From the NCBI RefSeq assembly GCF_009914755.1, contig NC_060935.1: a DNA stretch of 64,000 nucleotides. One strand, written 5' to 3'. Positions 46,519 to 59,734 of this stretch are shown here, piece by piece. The number at the start of each line of letters is the position of its first letter. Within the stretch, counting starts at the first letter, position 1. The translations under genes were made by a program, and so were the position numbers. This stretch comes from the human T2T-CHM13v2.0 reference genome, Homo sapiens. The notes beneath the pieces are model-generated. The model did no database searches and was not told where the DNA came from. It saw only the letters and a program-made list of their open reading frames with translations.

Positions 46519-46972
46519 CAGATGAACCTGGAGGGCATTACGTTAAGTGAAATAAGCCAGGCATAGAAAGATAAAGACTGCGTGATGTCACTTATATGTG
46601 GAATGTAAGAAAGTCCAACTCATAGAAACAGAGTAAAATGGTGGATCCCAGAGGCTGTTGGGTTGGAGGATTGAGGAGATATTGATCAAAGAACACAAAA
46701 CTTCAGTTAGACAGGAGGAATATGTTCAGGAGACCTATTGTACATCAGGGCAACTACAGTTCAAAACAATATATCTTATATTTTAAAATTGCTCAGAGAG
46801 TAGATTTTACATGTTCTTAACCACCATTAAATAAGGATGTCAAATAATACATATGTTCAATAGTTTGAATTAGCCATGCTGGCCTGTATACATATATCAA
46901 AACATGATGTTATATGCCATAAATAGGCACAAGTTTTACTTGTCAATTTTTTTAAAAATAAGCTTTTAAAAA
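46519..46972 (+). mobile_element. L1MA 3' end
   Basis: GATGAACCTGGAGGGCATTACGTTAAGTGAAATAAGCCAGGCATAGAAAG...; TSD AGA(G/A)ACAACCTTCT. Confidence 0.9.
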
Positions 46973-47039
46973 GAAACAACCTTCTTTATCTTTTCCCCAG
47001 GAATCTGGGAAGGTGTTTAGGCAAGTAATGATTCAAAAC

Positions 47040-47210
47040 TCCCAGAATGTGGGAATCAAAAGGATCTTAGAATACGGCCCCCATCCTTCACTTTACAAAT
47101 AAATGAACTGAGGTTCACAGGGAGGAAGCACCTTGCCCAAGATCCCCCAGCTGGTGAGTGGCAGAGCTGGGACTAGAACCCGGGTCTCCTGAATCCCTGC
47201 AGATGCACAT
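47040..47210 (-). mobile_element. MIR
   Basis: TTTACAAAT...ACTGAGG...TTGCCCAAGATC...GGGACTAGAACCCGGGTCTCCTGA. Confidence 0.8.
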
Positions 47211-47372
47211 TCTGTAGCAGCTACTTCCAGGCCTTCCATCCAATTGCCCAATTCCCCTTTCCTCATTATTTTTCACTGGGTTGTGTCCAGTGAATTTATA
47301 TGCTTTTGGCCAATCTGCAACTATAGCTTCTATGATTTTGAAGTTCTCATATCTTAACCTTAAGGTCTTCTC

Positions 47373-47612
<240 letters not shown>

Positions 47613-47714
47613 TCAGTTAAAGTCAGTAGCTTACCTTTCTTGAGCCCCTGCTATTTGTCAGCCACCAGGAACTCAAAGGTGAAAAAGGCACAGTGCCTGT
47701 CTTTAAACACTGAT

Positions 47715-48058
<344 letters not shown>

Positions 48059-48259
48059 CTAACAACCTGAACTCCTTCTGCTAACTCTACCTATTGCCCC
48101 ACTACATCTTCAGGATGTGTGCGGGATGGGTTAGGAAGTAGAAGTTACCAGGTTAAGCTATGGTCTGTGAGGCACTGTCCTGGGTTCTGGAAGAGAGACC
48201 TCCCTACTCTCCAGGAGACATGTGAAAGACCAGCTTCTAGTTTACTAACAGATGCAGGG

Positions 48260-48465
48260 ACAGATAACTGGGATTTGAATTATACCTCCACTATTTACTA
48301 GCAATGAGACCACAGGCAAATTATCTAATCTTTCTGGGCCTCAATCTCTTCTGAAATGAGGATAGTAAAGCCCATCTTATAAGGCTGTTATGAAAATCAA
48401 ACAAAATATGTGAACTCCCTAGTTCCATGCCTAGTGCACAGGAGACCTCAAAAATGCTACTTTCT
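48260..48465 (+). mobile_element. MIR
   Basis: GGGCCTCAATCTCTTCTGAAATGAGGATAGTAA...ATGCCTAGTGCACA. Confidence 0.7.
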
Positions 48466-48539
48466 TTCCTTTCTCTTGAATTCTAGTCTTATGTGACTGT
48501 GTGTTACCCAGAGCATGATGATTACTGAAGATTTAAATG

Positions 48540-48903
48540 TGTATTAGTCTGTTCTCACACTGCTAATAAAGACATACCTGAGACTGGGTAATTTATAAAA
48601 GAAAGTAGTTTAATTGACTCACAGTTCCATATGGCTGGGGAGGCCTCGCAATCATGGAGGAAGGCAAATGACGAGCAAAGTCACGTCTCACATGGTGGCA
48701 GGCAAGAGAGCTTGTGTAGGGGAACTCTGCTTTATAAAACCATCAGATCTTATGAGATTTATTCACTATCATGAGAACAGCACAGGAAAGATCTGACCTT
48801 ATGATTCAATTACCTCCCACCAGGATCCTCCCGTGATATGTGGGAATTATAGGAGCTACAATTCAAGATGAGATTTGGGTGGAGACACAGTCAAACCATA
48901 TCC
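48540..48903 (-). mobile_element. THE1 (THE1C-like) MaLR solo LTR
   Basis: TGTATTAGTCTGTTCTCACACTGCTAATAAAGACATACCTGAGACTGGG...GAGATTTGGGTGG...AAACCATATC. Confidence 0.92.
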
Positions 48904-50009
48904 CAGTGCTTTGTGGAGAGACTGTTTCACTGCTATTCTCTTCCAAGCACAGCAAAGGGGGCTGGCTGGCCACCCGCTCCCTTGTAAGTGTGACTTCCCA
49001 CTTCGAGTCTGCCTGGTGTAGACCCTGATCTTGGCTCAGCACGACAACCCTTCCTTCAGGCTAAACTCTCTCCCTTGGCATCCACCACTGGAAAAGGATG
49101 AGCTGCCCTAATCTGAGCCACACTCTATCTCTTTTGAAGAAACAAAAGTGAGAGGAAGCCATGGGGGAGATGCGTTCCTCCTTGATGCATCATAAAAGAC
49201 ACACAGATTTAATGTCAGAAGACAGGCTGGAAAGCCAGCCCTTCCTCCACATCCGTGTCATCCTAGCCTCACTGACCCTCAGTTTCTTGATCTGTGAGAA
49301 GGGAACACAAAAGCTGTTTCAGTTAGTTACTGTGAAGATTAAATTTGAAAAGACATACGAATAGTCATAACAAAGAGGAAAGTATTAACGCTACGTCGAT
49401 ACCACTTTACTATTATTGTCTCTTCTCCTGTTCCCCTGACACATCTCAAGTGAGAGCAGGCCCAGGCCAAATCTGCAGAAATTCAGTTTTATTCTTGCTA
49501 AGCAGCAGTCCTACCTGATGCTCTCCAGTCGGTAAGGGCAGGGCCCTCCTCTCTCCACCTGAGCTGTGGGAGGCAGGAGGCAAAAGGCCAGTCCCAGAAC
49601 GGGAACCACGGAGCTGTCTCCTTCTCCATCTGTCTCTGGGGGAGTGCTCTTGGCAAGGAGCAACCGTTCCAAAGGCAAATGTCCAAGGTGAAATCCATCA
49701 CGGGGCCCTGGACTGGGATAAGATAGAGGAAAGTAAATCAAGCCTCTCTGAGATAAGAAGACACAGCCTGGAGCATTTAAAAAATGCAACTCTACCAGCT
49801 GCCCACTTTTGCGAAGTTTTAAGGCAGAGGGCTATGCTAGGTAAGAAGGAACCCAGACCCCATCCCCCTATTTAAAAAGTGGGAGGAGCCCCGATGTGGG
49901 GCTTCTCTCTTCTCTCTCCCTCTTACTGCAAGTCTCAGCCAGAGAGGAGCAAAAGGCATTTTTAATGAATCTCTCTCAGCAAAGAAACAGGGAAACATGG
50001 AGGCCGTCC

Positions 50010-50255
50010 GTTTGGTATCAGAGATTAAGGACAAGGGTTCTAGGGTCAGGCATTCTGGGTTCTAATCCTGACTTTTACACTATACGTGTAGTCTTAAACA
50101 ATCAACTTAATCTCTATGAACCGCAGTTTCCAACAGGGATAATATTACGCTATCTTATAGAACTGTTTTCAAGACTAAATACGGGATAATTTTTATAGAG
50201 CATTTACTACAGTGGCACACAGAAAGTGTGTAATCAATAGTGTTATGGCTATTTA
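50010..50255 (+). mobile_element. MIR
   Basis: CTGGGTTCTAATCCTGAC...CAGTTTCC...GGGATAATA. Confidence 0.7.
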
Positions 50256-50822
50256 TAAGATCTGTAAGAGATTGGGGAAGTCAATACCTCTCTAACTACC
50301 TTTTATCCCATTTGTATAGTCATTTCTTTAAATTCTCTGAATGGTATTCCCCAAAACAAATCTGGTAGCATCAGTCTTATGTGTTGAATGCTATTGAACA
50401 GTGGACATTTTTCTTGCCATTATGTCCCATTTGTGACCTATGACCACACCTGTTCCACTCACCACGTCTCCAAAAATTTGTACGTTTAAGTGCATGTCTG
50501 ACTGGCTGAGCCTGGAACATCTACAAAGAGATGTTTTGACCACACTCAGGTCATGAAGGGAAGAAAATCGTTAACAGACACCTGGAGTCTGAAGATAGAC
50601 ATGTGGGGAGGCAAGGGAATAATGTCTTAGGCAGGAGGTCCCTCAGTCAGAGGGGAGGACTCTGCATCTGAAAGAAGACCTTCATATCCCTCAAAGTCCC
50701 CCTTACCTTATCTTCATCTTTCTCTCTCTTCATTATCAATAAGCCACACACGTTTTCCATGTGCCTGGGCTTGGCGTGTGATGGGAGATGTTTATATCTT
50801 GGTCCCCAATCTAAAGCTATCA

Positions 50823-51198
<376 letters not shown>

Positions 51199-52438
51199 TC
51201 AGGGAGTCTGGGAACCTGGCCTTCTTAGCATGGAACCCACTGTAGAGGGGAGATGGGTTCATGGCAAGGAAAGGGAAGCAAATACTCAAGGGCCCTGGAA
51301 GGGAGGCAGAAGCCTGTGGCTGCGGCGGCAGTCAGTGGAGGAGGCTTTACGGCTTCCTGAGCAAGGAATTGCATGATGAACATGTGAACATGGTGTGTGG
51401 GGTGGACGGGCCAGACCAGAAGCCCTTGCGAGAGAATAAAGGAGCACAAGACCCAGCTTTGACCTTGGCTCAGCCACACACCAGCTGTGTGAGTGACACT
51501 GGGCAAGTCGCTTAACCTCTCTCCTGGTTTCTCACTTAGAATAATAAAACCTGACTTCCAGGTTTGTCATGAAGCTGCGAGGTGACATATGGTTGCTTTG
51601 TGCAAATGTATGTGTTCTAGTGACTGGAGTGGTGTGCTGGGGAGATGAGCACTGCAGGAAGGGAGGCCACCTGGGGACAAGTGGGGCTGTATGGCCAGGC
51701 AGGCCTGTGGGGACAAGGGCAGCATGGAGTGGGGGAAGCACTTGAACCTTTTTCTACTGTGTGGCTCTCCTCCTGCTGCCCACGGGTTCTAGGGGCTGCA
51801 TAGAAAGAGTCCCATGGACTTAAACCCTCTCTTGGCTTAAAACCCACAGTAAGAGGCAGATAGCTGAGAAGATCAGGGAGTGACAGAACATGAGTGGATA
51901 TACAAATAGACAAGATTAACTATTCCCACTGTATACACAAGAGGCTTTGCTAACACTCGGCCAATTAGAAAACTAATCTAAACAGCCACTGGCTTACATT
52001 CTCCTAGGAGCTCTCCAACAGCTGTTCGCTTGCACTTGCCGCTGCTCCCAGCTAGTGCCCTGAGGCTTCTCCTTGGGTCTGGCCCTCACTTGAGCCTCAA
52101 GGGCTCCTCAAGAGCAAAGGATTGTGTCGCTTTCCTTTCCTTTCCCTGAACTCCCCCTCGGGTCCTGCTGCTGTTATTACAGGGGGCTCCCTCCATGTCA
52201 CTGCCTCTGAGAAGCCTTCCACCGTACCCCTAAACAGAGGGACCATTACAGCACTTTTCGGGTTAGACTGCCATTCATCTGGGAGGCATGTACATGAAGA
52301 GAGTAAGAGCAAAGCCTTTGAAGTCTGATAAATCGGAGTTAAAAACTCCTAGATCTCTCACTGTTGTGCTCTCTCTGACACCCTGTTCCCTCGCCTAAAA
52401 AGAGGATAATAATGATACCTACTTAGGAATTAAAAGCA

Positions 52439-52703
52439 GGCTAGGCACGGTGGCTCACACCTGTTATCCCAGCACTTTGGGAAGCCGAGGTGGGTGGATC
52501 ACTTGAGGTCAGGCATTCAAGACTAGCCTGACCACTATGGTGAAACCCCATCTCTACTAAAAATACAAAAACTTAGCCGGGCGTGATGGCGGGCGCCTGT
52601 AATCCCAGCCACTCGGGAGGCCGAAGCAGGAGAATCACTTGAACCACTGCATACCAGCCTGGGCAACAGAGCGAGATTCCATCTCAAAAAAAAAAAAAAA
52701 AAA
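52439..52703 (+). mobile_element. AluS with right-arm internal deletion
   Basis: ...AATCACTTGAA joined to CCACTGCA, lacking the GGAGGCGGAGGTTGCAGTGAGC segment. Confidence 0.92.
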
Positions 52704-52731
52704 GGAACTAAAAGCAAATATGTATATACAG

Positions 52732-52737
<6 letters not shown>

Positions 52738-52771
<34 letters not shown>

Positions 52772-52820
52772 TACCCCTCTATTTAGATAAGCAAATATAT
52801 ATATATTTATATATATATAT
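52738..52820. repeat. (TG)n and (TA)n microsatellites
   Basis: Visible runs. Confidence 0.9.
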
Positions 52821-52962
52821 GACAAGCTAGTACAGCCCCTGCATACTGTAAGTATTCAATGCATTGCTTTTGCCATTATTATTACTATTGTACTGCTACT
52901 ACTATTATAATTGTCATTATTGCTGTCTCTGAGTTACCCGAAGGCCAAAAACAACTTTGACT

Positions 52963-53539
52963 TGGGGGCAAGTAGCCTCTAACATGGTCCCTGATGGTCT
53001 CTGTCTCCCAGCCTCCACACCCTTGTGTAAAGCCCTCCTCTGGAGTGTGGGTGGAACCTGGGACTTGCTTCTAATCCACAGAATATGGCAAAGGCAATGG
53101 GATGTCACTTCCTTCCTCAGGTTTCAAAAGATTGTGACTTCCGTTCTGCTGGCTGACCCTCTCTCCAGCCTTCTCAGCTTGCATATCTCCATGAAGCAAG
53201 CTGCCATGTTGGCAAGACCTACGTGGCAAGGATTTGAGAGCATCCTCTGGCCAGCAGCAAGCTAGGAACCGAGGCCCTCAGTCCAACAACCATCAAGGGA
53301 CTGAATTCTGCCAACAAACATGTGAACTTGGATGTGGATCCTTCCCCAGGTGAGCCTTCAGACGAAATGCCAACCCTGGCCAAAATTTTGGTTACAGCCT
53401 TGTGAGAGATTCTAAAGAAAGGACCTGGCTAAGTTGTGCCCTGGCTCTTGGCCCACAGAAACTGTGAGATAATAAAAGTGTGTTGTTTTAAACCATGATG
53501 TATTATGGATTTGTTACACAGAAATAGATAGCTAATACA
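52963..53539 (+). mobile_element. MLT1F-like MaLR solo LTR
   Basis: ACTTGCTTCTAATCCACAGAATATGGCAAAG...CCCACAGAAACTGTGAGATAATAAA...ATAGATAGCTAATACA. Confidence 0.88.
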
Positions 53540-54659
53540 ACCTCTCTGTCTTCCTAGCTCAGCATTTGGCATATGGAGTGGAAGTCAAGTGTCAGTTGAG
53601 TGTATGAATGAATGAATGGTGATGGTAACAGGTAAACTCATCAGGACCTAAGAAAGGCCTAGACAGGCTAGATCCAAAGAGAGAGCTCTTTCCCAGCACC
53701 CACTGCCTGTATATTCTGTCTTCTCTCCCTCACGACCCTAGGTCCCTCCTCCCTTCCCCGGTCCTCAGGACCTTGCTCTCCTCTTGGTTCCTGCCTTTAC
53801 TCATTCTCTCTGAATTTTTATTTTCCTCCTTAAAAAATAAAAAATCCAGCTCTCTCTCAAATATCTGCCTCTGGTGAACTGGAATAATTTTTGGTGGAAA
53901 GCAGTCTTGTCCAGAAAGGCTCTTACCCACCCTGCTCAGGAATGTGGTTGCTGCAGATATTAAAACAGACCTGCAGGCGTCTGCAGTGAGTGGGGAGCTC
54001 GTGCCAGCAATGACCTCAGCCCGCACAGCAGGGCTCTTACCTAGGACAAGCTGCTGCATTGAGCTGGATCACAACAGACCTCCAAACTCTTCCCCTTCCA
54101 GGTATCCCAGGCTGCACTCTCTAGTTTAATGCCTGAGACACACCTTTGCACCCAAGCCTGGTATCAAAAGTCAAGGGTGGTGCCACCAGGCCTGTGAGGG
54201 AGGATGCTGTGGGTCCCACTGTCCCTTCATATTCAAGTGGCTTTGGCTAAAGAATGTGGGCCTCACGCTGGCAGCCCCCTTTCCTGTTCTGTTCTCCTGA
54301 CTCCATGCCTCCCACTCCTGACAACTCCAAGGGATCCTGTTCAGGTTGAGAGGTATCAGGCTTCATTTCTTCTGCAAGAGGCACCCTCCCAGGGAAGGCC
54401 AGGATTCTCAGGGCAGAAACCGGAGCCTGGGACCCCTCATGGTAAGGCTCCCCATTGTGTGGCTGAGCTTGCATTCAGGCTTAGATCTTTCCCTGCTTAA
54501 TTCAGCTCCCGTTGTTGAATCCGAAGCTGGCTAAGATGAAGTAGCAACTCGTGTCAATTTTCAGATTTCCCTCTTCCACTGGGAAACTCAGAGAACTAGG
54601 AGTATCCCAGCCATAATCGATTCCAGCCTCCAAACTCAGAAACCTACCCTAGGATCATC

Positions 54660-54900
54660 CCAGTAATTACCACAACAGCTAACGTTTGCCTAACACATTC
54701 TTGGATGCAAAGTACTTCTACACATGCTATTTCTCATAAGAATCTTACAATATTTTTAGCCCCATTTAACAGAGGAATAAATCGTGGCTCAGAGATAGTA
54801 AGTAGAATTCTCCCAGTTACGTAGTGAGCAAGTGGTAGAAGGGGAACCTAAACCAAGGTCTATTGACTCATACATAGTCCAGTCCTCTTTCCACTACTCC
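54660..54900 (-). mobile_element. MIR
   Basis: CCCCATTTAACAGAGGAA...GGCTCAGAGA...AACCAAGGTCTATTGACTC. Confidence 0.7.
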
Positions 54901-55059
54901 CAAATCTGTAAGGCTCATTTTCCTGTAACTTTGCATTTCATTTGTAAGTTGATCACTTTGTACTTATGTATACCCATTATATTGTCCAATTCCTGCTACT
55001 TCCTCCTTAGTCTTCACCCATGCCAGCCTCTGGAGGGCTGGGTCAAGTAGCTTTATGCA

Positions 55060-55240
55060 GACCAGCAATGGATTGACCACTGGCCTTCAAGTCTGGAGAT
55101 CCAGGTTTTAAGCTCTGGCTCTGCCACTAATGAGGGGTGTGACTTTGAGTCAGTTACCTCACTTTTCTACCTTACTTTTGCAATGTGAAGGCGATAAATT
55201 GCGTGATCACTGGAGTCACTTCCAGCTCTAGAACTATGAT
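55060..55240 (+). mobile_element. MIR3-like
   Basis: CTGGCTCTGCCACTAA...TGTGACTTTG...TTCCAGCTCTA. Confidence 0.65.
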
Positions 55241-56373
55241 CCTTTGATGTAATTCCTGGTTGGGCTCCCTCTTGGGGAGGAACAATTTTTCAAGACAATG
55301 GCAAATTCACTCTTGCACTATGAATGCCATCCGGAGCTTGGGCTGAGAAGGGTGAGCGTTTAGCTAACTGCTCCAGTGATGATAGGAAGACCCTGTCCCC
55401 CACCTCTGCCTGAACAGGTCCCTTCATTCCTGGCTTCTTTTATCTGTCCTTCCACAACATGTTGTGACCTCTTTTGGGTAGGATTATAAGCTCCCAAAGG
55501 CCTCTGTCCTTGATCCTCTTTGACCAATGATTATTGCCCAACCCGGTACCAGACAGGCTGGCACTTCCCTGATCTCCTCAGGATGTCTGTGAGCCCAGGA
55601 TGAAGGTTATTCACAATCCCCAGTGCTAGGGAGACCCAGGGGGCCCTGCAGCTGCTCCCGGCTGTCTGGCTGAACAATGCCGATTCTGTCAGGTCTCCCG
55701 GCTGAGCCTTCTTGCGGAGGGTATTCCGGTTGCAGTATTAACTGGAGGCATCTCAGCTGCTTCCTGTTCCTTGGGTCTCAGCACAGATTCCTGAGTGAAG
55801 ACAGTCAGCCCGGCTTTGCATCTGACCCGAGCCCCCAGCAGTTGGGGTTGGGGGCAGGAAAGATGAAAGAGCTTCGCCATCATCTCAAAGCAAGGAGTCA
55901 AACCTCCTCAGCTGGAAGGGGCCCCAAGGACCAAGTGCCCGTTAGACACTGCTCCCAGACATGTCAACCAGGCACAAGGACAGGAGTGTAGCTCAGTTCT
56001 CAATCTTTGGGAAGGTAACTCTGCAGCCTCCTAGGTGACTTCTTTCAGGACAAAAATCTAAGAACAACTCTCCATTCTGCAGCCAAACCACTTGTACAAA
56101 CTACTGGTATTACTTGTACCAGTGTGAACTCCCCACTTCAGCAAGACACATTCTCCTGCCTATCTCCCCCGCTCAGCTGTCCCCCACAATTACGAAGCAT
56201 GGCAAGAGCTGTCACCACGTTCCTATGTCCTTCCCCATTTCCACAGCCACTCCAGTTCTTTTCTGGCATCACATCTCTGCTATAAGACTACTTATCATCT
56301 CCCTAAAACTGCTGTAACTGATACCATGAGACTCTAGCTAGGCTATGCATTCTTATTTGTTTTTCTTCCAGAT

Positions 56374-56672
56374 TTCTTTTTTTTTTTTCCTTTGAGACAG
56401 TCTCGCTTTGTCATCCAGGCCAGAGACCAATGATGTGATCTCTGCTTATTGCAACTTCCACCTCCTGGGTTCAAGCTATTCTCATGCCTCAGCCATCCAA
56501 ATTGAGCAGCTGAGACTAGAGATGTGTGCCACCATGCCCGCTAAGTTTTGTATTTTTAGTAGAGACAGGGTTATGTTGGTCAGACTGGTCTCGAACTCCT
56601 GACCTCAAGTGATCCACTCGCCTCGGCCTCCCAAAGTGCTGGAATTACAGGCATGAGCCATCACACCTGGCC
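56374..56672 (-). mobile_element. Diverged AluS
   Basis: Antisense Alu; TSD CCAGATTTCT. Confidence 0.92.
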
Positions 56673-57779
56673 TTTCCCCAGATTTCTAAATATTCCATGC
56701 TTACCTGACAATCTTTGCCAATGTAGTGACCTTGGCATATTCCTTCTCTCTCTCTTTTTTTTTTTTTTTTTTTTTGCTTATGTTAGTGTCTCTCAAACCT
56801 ACTCCGTAAACTGGGAGTTCCTCCGCTGTACGGACAAAGTCTCCTCCCTCCCTCTGAACTGTTGCTGATGCTTGCTTTCTGATTATTGACCATCAGGAAG
56901 TCCCACCTGAGAACTAACGCTCTGCCTACAGTTGAATCCCATTTCCTGTTTGGTTGGAGCCTGGAAATGTGATAAGGCTTTGGCCAGCTGCCACTATATT
57001 AGCTGGTCCCCAAGGCCAATTTGGGGATATAAAGGAGAAAATGACTCCTATTACTTAAATAGTGTTTCAGAAATGCCCCAGAGTAGAAACAATGGTCCTT
57101 GCTGCACCCGGATCCACTGTAACCCTCTTCTTTTGCACCCAGCATCCTGGCCTGCCAGACGGCAGTTCTAGTAAGACGTACTATGTAATGAGGAACGTAA
57201 CTCAAGGCCGGTCACACCAGAGACTTGTGGAAGGGCAGCCGCCAGGCAGGGGACACAGAGGCTCAGCAGAGGAAGACTCCAGTCAGGTGGCCAGCTCCGT
57301 CCTCTGCTATCTCTACAAACGGGCTAGTTTCTTTAAGATTTTTTTCCTTGAGTCCTAACGAAAAACGAGTTGGAACCATGATTGGGGGCGGGGGTGGGGG
57401 CTGCAGGGCAGAGTTTATAGGCACTTGCAATTTCTTAACGGCTCCCTCCTCACCCATTCCTCTGCATTTTTCTCTTTTATTAACGTGGCATCTTTCCCAG
57501 AACACTTTATGGGACCGTGTGTTTTCACTTATGCCCTGATTAGGGTTGATTGTGTCTCTCTCTATGAAGAGCCCTCAGATCTCGCTCAAGGCCTCCCCTG
57601 CACCCCCTGCAAGGGTGCAGGCCATTCTTTCGCTCCAGGGCTCCTGGGCTAATCTCTTAACCTGTCCCCAAGGGCTCCACTGGGTTTTCTACCACACAAG
57701 GCACTCTTCTGCCTTAGGGTCGCACTTCATTTGGACCCCAAATAAGACACCCCAGTTGGCTTACTCAACTCTGAAGTGA

Positions 57780-58145
<366 letters not shown>

Positions 58146-59612
58146 TGAAGATTTTCAAAGGAATGTGCTGTGAGCCCTGAAGGCCATTGCCCAAGAGGAG
58201 GCTCTGAAAATGTTTTGAGCAATAGCAGCTCTGATAGAACACAGCTTTCCAAGGGGCCCACTTTCAAAGGCACGGCACGCTTTTCAGAGAGTCAAGCTTT
58301 GGCGTGTTTATTAAAAAAGACACCCATGCTGCTTTCAGGAACGCTGAGCTCTTAGCTCTTCTTTTCTCTTTAACTCAATTCCAAGAGGGGCTGGGACCGA
58401 GGTTTGGCGCTTACTTGCTCTCCTTCAGCCCCATTTTAGAAATGTTTCCACCTACCCGTCTCCTGTTATCTGGGAGATTGCTCTGTTTCACTCAGACATG
58501 AAGCAGCAGGCTTGGTGGCAGCCCTGTGATCTTTGAAAGCATACCCTCTGGGAGTAGCAGTTTCTTCTTCTGTAGAATGGGGAAAGTAATACATATTCTG
58601 CAAGGCTGTGAGAATGAATTGGAGCGATGTCTGCAAGAGGCCTGGCATGCTAAAGGCCTTCAGTAAATGGTAGGGATTTTTGTTATTAATACTATTACCA
58701 ATATTAAGCAATTAGCCAATATATATTGACCTCTTTGAGAATCTGCTTTTGTTCCCTGGTCCCTCCTCTTGTTCGTCCAGGCCTTCTCCTACTGCAACCC
58801 TTTCCTTCTGGAATGTCTGTGGACAACACAACATCAAACTCCCCATTCCTGGCTCCAGGGCAAGAATCTCTGAGTCCTTTGGGAAGTGCAGTGCTAGGAT
58901 CATTTTCCTGTTGTCAGCGGCTCTGGAAGAGGCATTAGCCCCACAAGGCTTGATGTGGGAAGTTTTTACAGGTACTGCTCATCTGGTGGGCAGATGTAGC
59001 TTTGCAGCAAGATAGAGCTCTGTCTTCCAGATCGGGGGTGCCTGGGAGTCTTGAGGTAGAACTGGTTCCTCTCTGCTTGGAGCCAGTGTGGGCACACACA
59101 TGGGCCTGTCATCTCCTTCAACAGCCCTGGGATCGTTGATCCAAGTTAGATGGAGTGCCTTTAACCCCTGAAATTCACATCCTGGCAATCAGCTGACCAT
59201 GCCTCCATCATCTCTGTTCCCCGCAGCCCCGACCTCTGCCATCCCCCAACACATAGACACACACAGTGTTATTTCCAGGGAAGAGGAGGATAGTCCTGGT
59301 CAATAGCAGTGGACACACTGGAGGTTTCCCCTCAAGGTAAGAGTGTCATTCATTTGCACATTCTCAAGGAGGTGAAACAGGATGCAGAGGGCTTCTCAAG
59401 GTAGGGTTACCCCAGAGCATTTGAGCATTTTCCTAAAGGAAGATGAAGGGAGTAGTAGCCACCAGTGGCTGAGTTCTCCCCTCTACATCCCACTGGATAT
59501 CACCAATCCCTAATTCTCCACTCCAAAGCCCTAGCTCTGCCTTGATAGAGTGGGGATGTGCCTGGGCCATTAGTAGCCATTGTCCACTCTTTTATTGCTT
59601 GGGCTTTTTAGG

Positions 59613-59734
59613 GGGACCTTTATGCGAAGATGCTCCCAACCTCATCACATCTGGGACCTTTTTGCGAAGATGCTCCCAACCTCATCACATCTGGGACCTT
59701 TTTGCGAAGATGCTCCCAACCTCATCACATCTGG
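59613..59734. repeat. 40-bp minisatellite, 3 copies
   Basis: GGGACCTTT(A/T)TGCGAAGATGCTCCCAACCTCATCACATCT at 59613, 59653 and 59693. Confidence 0.97.

Noticed and set aside
46981-47030. Strong acceptor TTTATCTTTTCCCCAG with a possible GC donor 20 nt later
   Set aside because: Overlaps an L1 TSD and there is no other support.
59613-59734. CRISPR-like repeat array
   Set aside because: The repeats are directly adjacent with no spacers, no cas genes are present, and the context is primate.
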